Assembly (NCBI GenBank): GCA_965248535.1 | Contig: CBDFJR010000002.1 | Location: 1,920,001-1,984,000 of the forward strand | Direction: 5' to 3' | DNA length: 64,000 bases | Source: Phormidesmis sp. | GTDB taxonomy: Bacteria; Cyanobacteriota; Cyanobacteriia; Leptolyngbyales; Leptolyngbyaceae | Part shown: piece by piece, positions 41,075 to 49,586 of the stretch | Numbering within the stretch: position 1 is the first letter of the stretch | Layout of the letters: each line of letters starts with the position of its first letter | Notes under the pieces: generated by a model | What the model was told of the DNA's origin: nothing | What the model saw: only the letters and a program-made list of their open reading frames with translations | Database searches by the model: none | Translations under genes and position numbers: made by a program

Positions 41075-41570
41075 TCAACCGCTTTAGATTAAGGGTATGC
41101 GATCGTTTCATTGTCCGTTCAAGTGTACTATGTCAACTTCAAAAAGAGAGAAGAGTTTTAGGTTCAGCGTTAAACGGGTTTCCCATGAGGACTGCTTGGC
41201 TCCCTCAGTGCAACTCTAGAGGTTTTGAGACTGCCCCAAACAGATCGTAGGGAAATTACGGATACTGGATAATTCTTAGCACGTTAACCTGATAGCTGAC
41301 GATGCCAGTCAAATCGGTAGCTGGCAAAAACAAACCCCACTCGCACCCTAAAACAGCGCTAGCCTGCCGCCGAGTTATTTAGGTGAGGTCACTCTCCCAG
41401 TTAAGCAACTGCGAGCACGATCGCAGAATGCAACCAAAAGGTTTACATGGCTCCCCAGAGCCACAAAAAGTAGTCGGGCTGATCAACTCTGCCAACCCAG
41501 AGAAGAGCGCCTTGTCATCGCATCCGAGTGCAGATCTTCACTCTCCAACCGTCCAGGTGAAAGTGCTTTC

Positions 41571-43517
41571 GTGTATCAAAGTCATATCCAGCCCACTCAG
41601 CAAAGTTCAGAAGCGCTCCTGTGGCACAAGATGACTCAGGTAGTTGCTAATGTCCAACCAGAGGTTATTTTGTCTGAGATTGCTGCGATTTTAGGAGAAG
41701 AATTCAAGGTAGAAGGGTGTGTGATTTCAATCTGCCCTCAGCCCTCGGCTCAACACTCTGTTGCTAGCTGGTTTGGTAACCATTTGACGGCTGCCCAGCA
41801 AACCGGAATCTTGGCCACTTATTCAACCCTCGAAGCGGCCACCTTAGAGGCAGGTAGCCTGATTATTTCCGACTTACAGACCAGTGATCTGGTTCCTGCA
41901 TGGCGATCGTTCTCGATCGCATCTGTTTTATCAGTCGTCACTCGATTTCAAGGTCAAGTCAATGGAGCGATCAGTCTTATGCGATCCCAGTCTCATTCTT
42001 GGACAGAGCCAGAAGCAACCACCCTCACCACCGTGTCTGATCAGGTTGCTGCTACCGTTTCTCAACTTCTGCTTCAGCAACAAGTTTTTAAACAAGCTCA
42101 ATATCAATCACTGATTCGAGAGTTGACGATAGCCATCCAAAACTCAGTGGATTTGCCACAAATTCTCAAACTGGCCATTGACGGCACCGCCCAAGCTCTT
42201 CAGGTGGCTCAGGGTTCTGTGTTGCGCCTGAGATATTGGGACCCTCGCCATAATCTGCGTTCTCTAGACCGCATTCCTAAAGCCAGAGTGATCGTAGAAT
42301 GCCAGTGGCAACAGGAGCGTTTAACGGCGATCGCGCCAGAGCCACCCCAAAGCGCAAATCCTGCTAGCGAGACGCTTTTAAGTCAGTCTTTTTGGGTTTC
42401 AGAATGCGTCGTCTGTCAACACGCTGTCAATCACTCTGCCGAGCCGACGGTGTTTAGCGATCGTGGCGATTTTTCAACCCCGACAGAAACCACCGGAATC
42501 GCAGCTTTATTTGCACCTGAACGAATGCCGTCTCTATTGATGGTGCCTCTAGAGAGCAAAAATAAACTCCTAGGGTTCATCACCCTTCAGCACAATCAGC
42601 CTCGTGTCTGGCAACCTGACGAGATTGAGTTTGCAGAATTGGTGGGTGCTCAGATCAGCACTGCCATTATGCAAACTGAGACGCTGCGCCAGGTTGAGTC
42701 ACTCGTTGAAGAGCGCACGTCCCAGCTACAGCAGAGCTTAGAGCTTCAGGCAAAACTCTATGAGATCACCCGCCGCCAAATTGAAAAACTGCGAGAAATG
42801 AATCAACGCATGGATGAGTTTCTCAGCACGTTGAGCCATGAACTGCGAACGCCGCTGACCAGCATGATGCTAGCGATTCGGATGTTGCGTGAGGCAGATT
42901 TGCCGCCCGATCGTCGTGCTCAATATCTCAATATCCTAGAGCAGCAGTGTGTTCAGGAAACGAGTCTGATCAATGATTTGCTCGCCCTGCAAGAGCTAGA
43001 GAGCAAACAAGTCACGATTCAGCTTCAAAAAGTCGATGTGAAACAAGTGATCACTGACGTAAGTCAGTCTTTTTATCAGCGTTGGGCACCCAAAGAGCTA
43101 ACCTTAGAAATTGAGCTACCACCCCGATCGCCAGCGCTCAACACAGATCTAGCCAGTCTCAACCGAATTTTGTTAGAGCTATTGACCAACGCTGGAAAAT
43201 ATTCAGACCCCAACAGCACCGTTTTGGTCAAGGTTGCACCCCAAGCGGGACAGCAAATTGCGATCACTGTCTGCAACGATGGCCCTGGAATCTCAGCCGA
43301 AGAATTGCCCTACATTTTTGAGAAGTTTCGACGATGCCAAGGCATGACCCAAAATGCCGTGCCCGGAACGGGATTAGGACTGGCGCTCGTGAAGAGCTTA
43401 GTGCAGCACTTAAATGGCACGATCGAGGTCTCTAGTTTGCCGATCGCGGGCACCCAGTCGCTCGAAACTCGCTTTACGGTGACGCTGCCACAAAATCTTG
43501 AAATTGCCCTCACTTGA
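41571..43517 (+). CDS. GAF-GAF sensor histidine kinase
   Basis: Two GAF-like regions; SHELRTPL, ELLTNAGKY, NDGPGI, GTGLGL. Confidence 0.92.
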   Translation: MYQSHIQPTQQSSEALLWHKMTQVVANVQPEVILSEIAAILGEEFKVEGCVISICPQPSAQHSVASWFGNHLTAAQQTGILATYSTLEAATLEAGSLIISDLQTSDLVPAWRSFSIASVLSVVTRFQGQVNGAISLMRSQSHSWTEPEATTLTTVSDQVAATVSQLLLQQQVFKQAQYQSLIRELTIAIQNSVDLPQILKLAIDGTAQALQVAQGSVLRLRYWDPRHNLRSLDRIPKARVIVECQWQQERLTAIAPEPPQSANPASETLLSQSFWVSECVVCQHAVNHSAEPTVFSDRGDFSTPTETTGIAALFAPERMPSLLMVPLESKNKLLGFITLQHNQPRVWQPDEIEFAELVGAQISTAIMQTETLRQVESLVEERTSQLQQSLELQAKLYEITRRQIEKLREMNQRMDEFLSTLSHELRTPLTSMMLAIRMLREADLPPDRRAQYLNILEQQCVQETSLINDLLALQELESKQVTIQLQKVDVKQVITDVSQSFYQRWAPKELTLEIELPPRSPALNTDLASLNRILLELLTNAGKYSDPNSTVLVKVAPQAGQQIAITVCNDGPGISAEELPYIFEKFRRCQGMTQNAVPGTGLGLALVKSLVQHLNGTIEVSSLPIAGTQSLETRFTVTLPQNLEIALT

Positions 43518-43688
43518 GTTCTGATTCGGATTCGATCGGTTGGAGGTTGTAGCTAATCTCTGCAAAAACTGGATTATATTTTGAGAGGAATTCTTTGAGA
43601 AGAATTCTCATGCCTCTTTGCAAATTCAGTGAGGGAATCGAGGCTTTCCAGATTCAAGCGGGAAGACTGGCTATAATAACCTGAAGCT

Positions 43689-45374
43689 ATGTTGCAAACC
43701 CTCTCACCCAAACCTCTGCGCTGGCAACAGCAAACCAAGTCTCCACTGGCGCGTCAAGTGGATGTTTCTCTGTCGGCTGCTCAGTTTGCTTTTTATCTGT
43801 GGTGGGACAGTCACATTGCAAACCGTTCTCCAGCCCGCCGCGATCGCCGCGCTCAATGGCTGGTTAGCACTTTACTCAATTTAGGCCCGACGTTTATCAA
43901 GATTGGGCAAGCGCTCTCGACTCGCGCAGATTTGCTGCCGATCGAATATGTCAAGGCGCTCTCACAGCTTCAAGATCGCGTCCCAGAATTTGGCGCTGAC
44001 CAAGCGATCGCCATTATTGAATCAGAACTGAATGGCCCCCTGCACACGCTTTATTGTGAGTTTGATCGGGTGCCTCTAGCTGCCGCGAGTTTAGGACAGG
44101 TTCATCGCGCCAGACTGCACACGGGCGAAGAAGTCGTGGTCAAAGTGCAGCGTCCTGGACTCGACCAATTATTTGACTTAGATCTCAAAGTTTTAGATCG
44201 CGTCGTTCGGTTGAGCACTCGATATTCGGCGATCGCCCGACAATACGATCTCGGTGCGATTTATCAAGAGTTTGCCGAAATTCTCTATAAAGAGGTCGAT
44301 TATGTTCAAGAAGCGATGAACGCCGATCGCTTTCGCCATAATTTCGTCGATCACCCTCGCATTGTGGTGCCCAAGATTTATCCGCGCTACACCACAAAGC
44401 GCGTGTTGACCATGGAGTATGTGCCCGGCATCAAAGTCAACGATCGTCGCAGCCTAGAAGCGATCGGCATCGATCCCAAAGATATCAATCATTTAGGCAT
44501 TTGTGCTTATCTGAAGCAGTTGCTGCAAGACGGCTTCTTTCAAGCTGATCCCCATCCCGGCAATATGGCAGTGACGATCGACGGACGGCTGATCTTCTAT
44601 GACTTTGGCATGATGGCAGAAGTGATGCCGATCAACCGCGATCAGATGGTCAAGACCTTCTTCGCCGTTTTAAAAAAAGACACCGACGAAGTGATTCACA
44701 CGCTGACTGATATGGGCTTAATTGAGCCAATGTCAGACATGACCCCTGTGCGGCGCGTCTTAGGGTTTTTAATCGATCGCTTCACCGATAAGCCCGTCGA
44801 ACTGCAAGCCTTTAAGAATTTGCGAAACGAGCTATACACCCTGTTTGAAAAGCAGCCCTTTCGACTGCCTGCCAAGATGACGTTTATCATCAAGGCGTTG
44901 ACAACGCTAGACGGGGTGGCTCGCGATTTAGATCCGCAATATAGCCTGCTGATTGCTGCAAAACCCTTTGTCAAGAGTCTGGTGACCACGGCCCCCAAAA
45001 ATCACGGCAGTGGGTTGGGTGAGTTGGTGCGCCAAGCTCAAAGTTTTCTGACCTATCAGATTCGCAAACCCAACTCGGCAGACCTGACGATTCAGCGACT
45101 CGAAGCGCGACTCGAACAAGGCGAATTTCAAATTCGAGTCCAATCAGAGAGCGATCGCCACCTCAAAACCCTACACTTGGCGGTGAAGTCCCTAATTTAC
45201 GCCTGCTTAACGGGGTTTTCGGGCTTGTCAGGAGTGGTGCTGCTCGTGGGGGCTTATCAAGGAGGTGCGATCGCGAGTTTTGTCGTCGCGGGCGTGTTTG
45301 GCGTTTTTCTAATCAAATCGCTGGTGCGACTCGCCTTGAGAGAACGGCTCGAATCACTGCGGAATCCCTCTTGA
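43689..45374 (+). CDS. ABC1/AarF/UbiB atypical kinase
   Basis: LGPTFIKIGQ, AAASLGQVH, VKVQRP, ADPHPGN, YDFGM. Confidence 0.93.
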   Translation: MLQTLSPKPLRWQQQTKSPLARQVDVSLSAAQFAFYLWWDSHIANRSPARRDRRAQWLVSTLLNLGPTFIKIGQALSTRADLLPIEYVKALSQLQDRVPEFGADQAIAIIESELNGPLHTLYCEFDRVPLAAASLGQVHRARLHTGEEVVVKVQRPGLDQLFDLDLKVLDRVVRLSTRYSAIARQYDLGAIYQEFAEILYKEVDYVQEAMNADRFRHNFVDHPRIVVPKIYPRYTTKRVLTMEYVPGIKVNDRRSLEAIGIDPKDINHLGICAYLKQLLQDGFFQADPHPGNMAVTIDGRLIFYDFGMMAEVMPINRDQMVKTFFAVLKKDTDEVIHTLTDMGLIEPMSDMTPVRRVLGFLIDRFTDKPVELQAFKNLRNELYTLFEKQPFRLPAKMTFIIKALTTLDGVARDLDPQYSLLIAAKPFVKSLVTTAPKNHGSGLGELVRQAQSFLTYQIRKPNSADLTIQRLEARLEQGEFQIRVQSESDRHLKTLHLAVKSLIYACLTGFSGLSGVVLLVGAYQGGAIASFVVAGVFGVFLIKSLVRLALRERLESLRNPS

Positions 45375-45509
45375 CACTCCCACGGCTCCGCAAAGCTAAA
45401 GCCGTGGGATTCTTGATTCAATGAAACCACTTAACCTAGAGTCCTTGCGTCATCTAGACCAGAGGTGGGATTCTCCCCAAGCGTTAATTCGGGTATGCCC
45501 TACCCTATT
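45355..45509 (-). ncRNA. TnpB omega-RNA (reRNA) scaffold plus flanking guide, overlapping the last ~19 codons of a deleted tnpB
   Basis: TnpB-type tail NRVGHTRINAWGESHLWSR* (45450-45509), then ..TGAATCAAGAATCCCACGGC..GTGTCAA; the guide would begin GAGGGATTCCGCAG; exact RNA ends inferred. Confidence 0.68.
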
Positions 45510-45888
45510 TGCGCTTCTTACTCAGTTGCCTGCGACGGGAAACTCGTCTTCAGCACTGAGCGCCGCAAGTCCTGTTTAAGTTTGAAGCAGATAGGCCTCA
45601 AAATGCTGTTTGTCTAGCTCCTCTGAATCTTTTACCTACTGCGAGGGGGAGTCTAGAAAAATGCAGTAGAACCGCATAGATTCAATTTTCAAGGTTCAGC
45701 GTGTCTCTCGACAGCAAGGTTTTTTAAGTGGTTGATTACCTTTCCACAAGTACAAAATTATCACAAATCGGAGTGCGATTTCATGAAGATTGCTGGACTC
45801 TGCCTGCTGCCGCAGGCGCGAGAACCCTCGCTACATCCCACGGCTGAAGCACGATGGGTTTTGCGGGTTCTCAGGCTCTCCCGTTTCT
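45371..45888 (-). mobile_element. Non-autonomous IS200/IS605 derivative (PATE/MITE-like), 518 bp, with no transposase or tnpB ORF
   Basis: Minus strand: TTAT target at 45889-45892, left-end hairpin (45820-45872), right-end hairpin TCCCACGGCT/AGCCGTGGGA ending in GTGTCAA; excision restores ccc tca taa. Confidence 0.85.
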
Positions 45889-46017
45889 ATAAAATCGCCG
45901 TGCTGATTAATTTGTCCCCCACAAAATCCGTCTAGGGTGTAGAAAGGATCAGGGATGTCGGTTGCCTCCCATCCATCCCAGTAGACTGTCCTTTCTAATC
46001 TCTCTGCACACGGCGCT

Positions 46018-47796
46018 ATGGTTTCTACGGTTTTCTCAAAAGATTTTCAGCGTTATTGGCTGTTGGTTTTGCTGGCGATCGTGACTGCGATCGCTCTCAG
46101 TGCCTGCAACCCTCAACTCTATCGAACGTCGGCCGCGCAAGTGCCCCAACTGGTTGACTCAACTCTCAGCGACCCTAAAAGCTTTAACTATGCGCTGATT
46201 AACGAAGACCCCAGCATCGCCACCCTGATGTATGAGGGGTTGATTACCGAAAATGGCTTAACCGGGGCCGTTGAGCCAGCCCTAGCCGAATCGTGGACGA
46301 TCTCCGAGGACAAAAAACGCATTCAGTTCACCCTGCGTCCGGGGTTGCAGTGGTCGGATGGAGAACCGCTCACCGTCGAGGATGTGCTGTTTACCTTCCA
46401 AGATATTTTTCTCAACCCAGCCATTCCAACCGACATTCAAGACGTGTTGCGGATTGGCAAAAGTCGCGTCTTTCCCACGGTGCGAAAAGTGGACGATCGC
46501 CGCATTGAGTTCACCACGCCAGAACCGTTTGCCCCGTTTTTAAGAGCCTTAGGGTTGGCAATTTTGCCTAAACACGTTTTGCAAGAGGTCGTCAAAACCA
46601 AAGGTCGCGACGGCAACCCTCTTTTTCTCTCGACTTGGGGCACCGGAACTGATCCCAAAAAGATCATTTGCAACGGCCCTTATTTGCTCGACGGCTACGC
46701 AACCAGTCAGCGGGTCATCTTTCGCCGCAACCCTTACTATTGGCGTAAAGATGCTCAAGGGAAGTCTCAACCCTATATTGAGCGCATTGTTTGGAGTGTT
46801 GTAGAAAATCAAAACACGAGTTTGCTGCAATTCCGATCGGGCGGACAAGATCTCTCAGAGCCAATTCGACCCGAAGATTTCACGCTCTTAAAGCAAGAAG
46901 AAAAGCGCGGCAAATTTACGCTAAAAATGGGCGGCCCGCGACCGATTACGACGTTTATGGCCTTTAACCTCAACCAGGGCCGCCGCAAAGGAAAACCCCT
47001 CGTTGACCCCATTAAAGCGAAGTGGTTTAACAACGTCAAATTTAGACAAGCTGTGGCCTACGCCATCGATCGCGACAAGATGAACAACAATATCTATCGC
47101 GGGCTAGGGGCTTTGGTCGAGTCGATCATCATGGAGCAAAGTCCTTATTATGTGCCGCCTCAGCCGGATAAAATTTATCGATTTGACCCCAAAAAATCTA
47201 AGCAACTGCTGACCGAAGCGGGCTTTAAATATGACGCAAACGGTCAGCTATCAGATGCAGGTGGGCATCGAGTCCGCTTTAACTTGATGACCAATGCGGG
47301 CAACACGATTAGAGAAGCCTCGATCGCGCAGATCAAACAAGACTTGGGCAAAATCGGGATGCAGGTTGATTTGAATCCGATCAATTTCAACACGATGATC
47401 GACAAGCTTGACAACACGCTAGATTGGGATGCTTATTTGATGGCAATGGGCAACTCGCGAGAGCCAAATTCGGGGTCTAATATTTGGTCGCCGGATGGGT
47501 CATCCCATAACTTTAATCAGCCATCGCTGCCCGGCAAGCCGATCGAAAATCGCGTCGTGGCTGAGTGGGAGGCAGAAATCGGTCGTCTATATATTGAGGG
47601 CGCGCAGGAGCTTGACGAAACCAAACGCAAAGCGATCTATGGCAAAATTCAGCAAATTGCCCATGAGAATTTGCCCTGGATCACCTTGATGAATGCACGA
47701 GTCATGGCGGCAGTGCGCGATCGGGTGCAAGGCATAAACTATCCTGAGTTGGGCAGCGCCTTGTGGAACATTCAAGACTTAAAAGTTGTGGATTGA
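46018..47796 (+). CDS. ABC transporter substrate-binding lipoprotein, family 5 (peptide/nickel)
   Basis: Lipobox LSAC, SDPKSFN, PALAESW, WSDGEPLTVEDV. Confidence 0.92.
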   Translation: MVSTVFSKDFQRYWLLVLLAIVTAIALSACNPQLYRTSAAQVPQLVDSTLSDPKSFNYALINEDPSIATLMYEGLITENGLTGAVEPALAESWTISEDKKRIQFTLRPGLQWSDGEPLTVEDVLFTFQDIFLNPAIPTDIQDVLRIGKSRVFPTVRKVDDRRIEFTTPEPFAPFLRALGLAILPKHVLQEVVKTKGRDGNPLFLSTWGTGTDPKKIICNGPYLLDGYATSQRVIFRRNPYYWRKDAQGKSQPYIERIVWSVVENQNTSLLQFRSGGQDLSEPIRPEDFTLLKQEEKRGKFTLKMGGPRPITTFMAFNLNQGRRKGKPLVDPIKAKWFNNVKFRQAVAYAIDRDKMNNNIYRGLGALVESIIMEQSPYYVPPQPDKIYRFDPKKSKQLLTEAGFKYDANGQLSDAGGHRVRFNLMTNAGNTIREASIAQIKQDLGKIGMQVDLNPINFNTMIDKLDNTLDWDAYLMAMGNSREPNSGSNIWSPDGSSHNFNQPSLPGKPIENRVVAEWEAEIGRLYIEGAQELDETKRKAIYGKIQQIAHENLPWITLMNARVMAAVRDRVQGINYPELGSALWNIQDLKVVD

Positions 47797-47821
47797 ACAT
47801 TTCTCTCTGGATTGAGAAAAG

Positions 47822-47865
47822 CTTAACAAAACCTTGATAGCTCGTTAATCACGGATTGGTAGGGT
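47822..47865 (+). promoter_or_regulatory. Pho box (SphR) and -10 of phoD
   Basis: CTTAACAA, CTTGATAG and GTTAATCA at 11-bp spacing, then TAGGGT (TAN3T) at 47860-47865. Confidence 0.7.
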
Positions 47866-47897
47866 TCTGTTAACTACTGACATAACCCTATACCGTC

Positions 47898-49472
47898 ATG
47901 AATTGGTACGATTCTTCACGTCTATTCTCGGCAGACTTTAAACGACGCGATCTGCTCCGGGGGGCTGGTCTCTTGACAGGACTGGCGATCGCCACCCAGT
48001 TTCCGCAACAGGTGATTGCTCAACCTCGATTTTCGGGCTATCCGTTTACGTTGGGAGTTGCCTCTGGCGATCCTCTCGCCGATGGCATTGTGCTGTGGAC
48101 ACGGCTGGCACCCGATCCGCTCAATGGGGGCGGAATGCCGAACCACAGTGTGCCTGTGCGCTGGCAAATTGCCACCGACGAAGGGATGAGGCAAATTGTC
48201 AAATCTGGCACCGAACTGGCGATCGCCGAGTTTGCCCATTCTGTTCACGTCGATGTGCGCGGGCTGCAACCCGGTCGTCACTATTGGTATCGGTTTAAGG
48301 CAGGCAATGAAATTAGCCCGATCGGTCGCACCCGCACCGCGCCCGCGAGAGGTCAGCGATTAGATCGGCTGCGTTTTGCTCTGGTCAACTGTCAAGACTG
48401 GCAAAACGGCTACTACACCGCTTATAAGCACGTTGCTGAGGAAGATCTGGATCTGGTGGTGCACGTCGGGGACTATATCTATGAATATGGGCCTCAACCC
48501 GGCGGCCCGCGTCAGCACAATAGCCCTGAAATCATCACCCTCGCCGATTATCGCAACCGTTATGCTCTCTATAAAGGGGATGCCAATCTTCAGGCGGCTC
48601 ATGCAGCCTTTGCTTGGGCTGTCACCTGGGATGATCACGAAGTTGCCAACAATTACGCCAACGATATTTCTGAAAACAAAGACCCGATCGACCAATTCTT
48701 AATTCGCCGCGCCGCCGCTTATCAAGCCTATTATGAGCATATGCCGCTGCGTCGGTTGTCACTGCCCGATGGGGCTGACCTGCGCCTCTATCGCCGCTTG
48801 CAGTTTGGGGATCTGGCTCAGTTCCACATTTTAGACACTCGCCAATATCGCACCGATCAACCCTGTGGGGATGGTCTCAAACCGATCTGTGATGCCACCC
48901 TTGACCCCAACGCCACGCTGACCGGGCAGACCCAAGAGCGCTGGCTGTTTGAAGGATTGAAGCGATCGCCCGCTCGATGGAATGTGATCGCCCAGCAAGT
49001 TATGTTTTCGCAGTTTGACTTTGATCCGCGCCCAGAGGTGCAAGTGTTTAACATGGATCAGTGGGATGGCTATGTGGCAGCCCGCAATCGGGTGTTGGCG
49101 TTTCTCGATCGACAGCGCCCGTCTAACCCGATCGTGCTAGCGGGTGACATTCACTCTAGCTGGGTTCACAATATCAAGCGTGACTTTAATCAACCCGACT
49201 CGCCGACGATCGCGACCGAGTTTGTAGCTACCTCGATCACGTCTGACTTTCCGACTCAGTTTATTCAGCCTGTGACCCTAGCGCTGTCTAACAACCCTCA
49301 CACCAAATTCTTTAACGGGGCTTTGCGGGGCTATGTTCGCTGTGATCTCAACCGCAAGCAGTGGCAGAGTGATTATCGAGTCGTGTCTACCATTCGGCAA
49401 CCCGAAGCCACCATTAGCACACTGGCATCGTTTGTGGTCGAAAATGGTCAACCGGGCGCTCAACGGGCTTAA
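47898..49472 (+). CDS. phoD: Alkaline phosphatase D, Tat-exported
   Basis: KRRDLL Tat motif, GVASGDP, GDYIYE, WDDHEV, LDTRQYR, DQWDGY, GDIH. Confidence 0.95.
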   Translation: MNWYDSSRLFSADFKRRDLLRGAGLLTGLAIATQFPQQVIAQPRFSGYPFTLGVASGDPLADGIVLWTRLAPDPLNGGGMPNHSVPVRWQIATDEGMRQIVKSGTELAIAEFAHSVHVDVRGLQPGRHYWYRFKAGNEISPIGRTRTAPARGQRLDRLRFALVNCQDWQNGYYTAYKHVAEEDLDLVVHVGDYIYEYGPQPGGPRQHNSPEIITLADYRNRYALYKGDANLQAAHAAFAWAVTWDDHEVANNYANDISENKDPIDQFLIRRAAAYQAYYEHMPLRRLSLPDGADLRLYRRLQFGDLAQFHILDTRQYRTDQPCGDGLKPICDATLDPNATLTGQTQERWLFEGLKRSPARWNVIAQQVMFSQFDFDPRPEVQVFNMDQWDGYVAARNRVLAFLDRQRPSNPIVLAGDIHSSWVHNIKRDFNQPDSPTIATEFVATSITSDFPTQFIQPVTLALSNNPHTKFFNGALRGYVRCDLNRKQWQSDYRVVSTIRQPEATISTLASFVVENGQPGAQRA

Positions 49473-49518
49473 CTCAGTCGGGGCGGACTAGATTGCGGAG
49501 GCTCAAGCCTTTAGTCAA

Positions 49519-49558
49519 GGTTGATCTCAGAGACTATTCGTGATATCTGAGATCAACC
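49519..49558. terminator. Hairpin between phoD and the second substrate-binding gene
   Basis: 13-bp inverted repeat GGTTGATCTCAGA/TCTGAGATCAACC; no U-tract. Confidence 0.5.
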
Positions 49559-49586
49559 CCTAGTCGCGCCTTTCATTCTTTGAGCG

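Noticed and set aside
45371..45888. IStron (group I intron plus IS605) or Cas12k tracrRNA
   Set aside because: The element is antisense to the host gene and sits at its stop codon; I could not identify a group I core, and no cas genes or CRISPR repeats are present.
45732..45935. 67-aa ORF in the track
   Set aside because: It crosses the element's left-end hairpin and boundary, with no recognisable motif.
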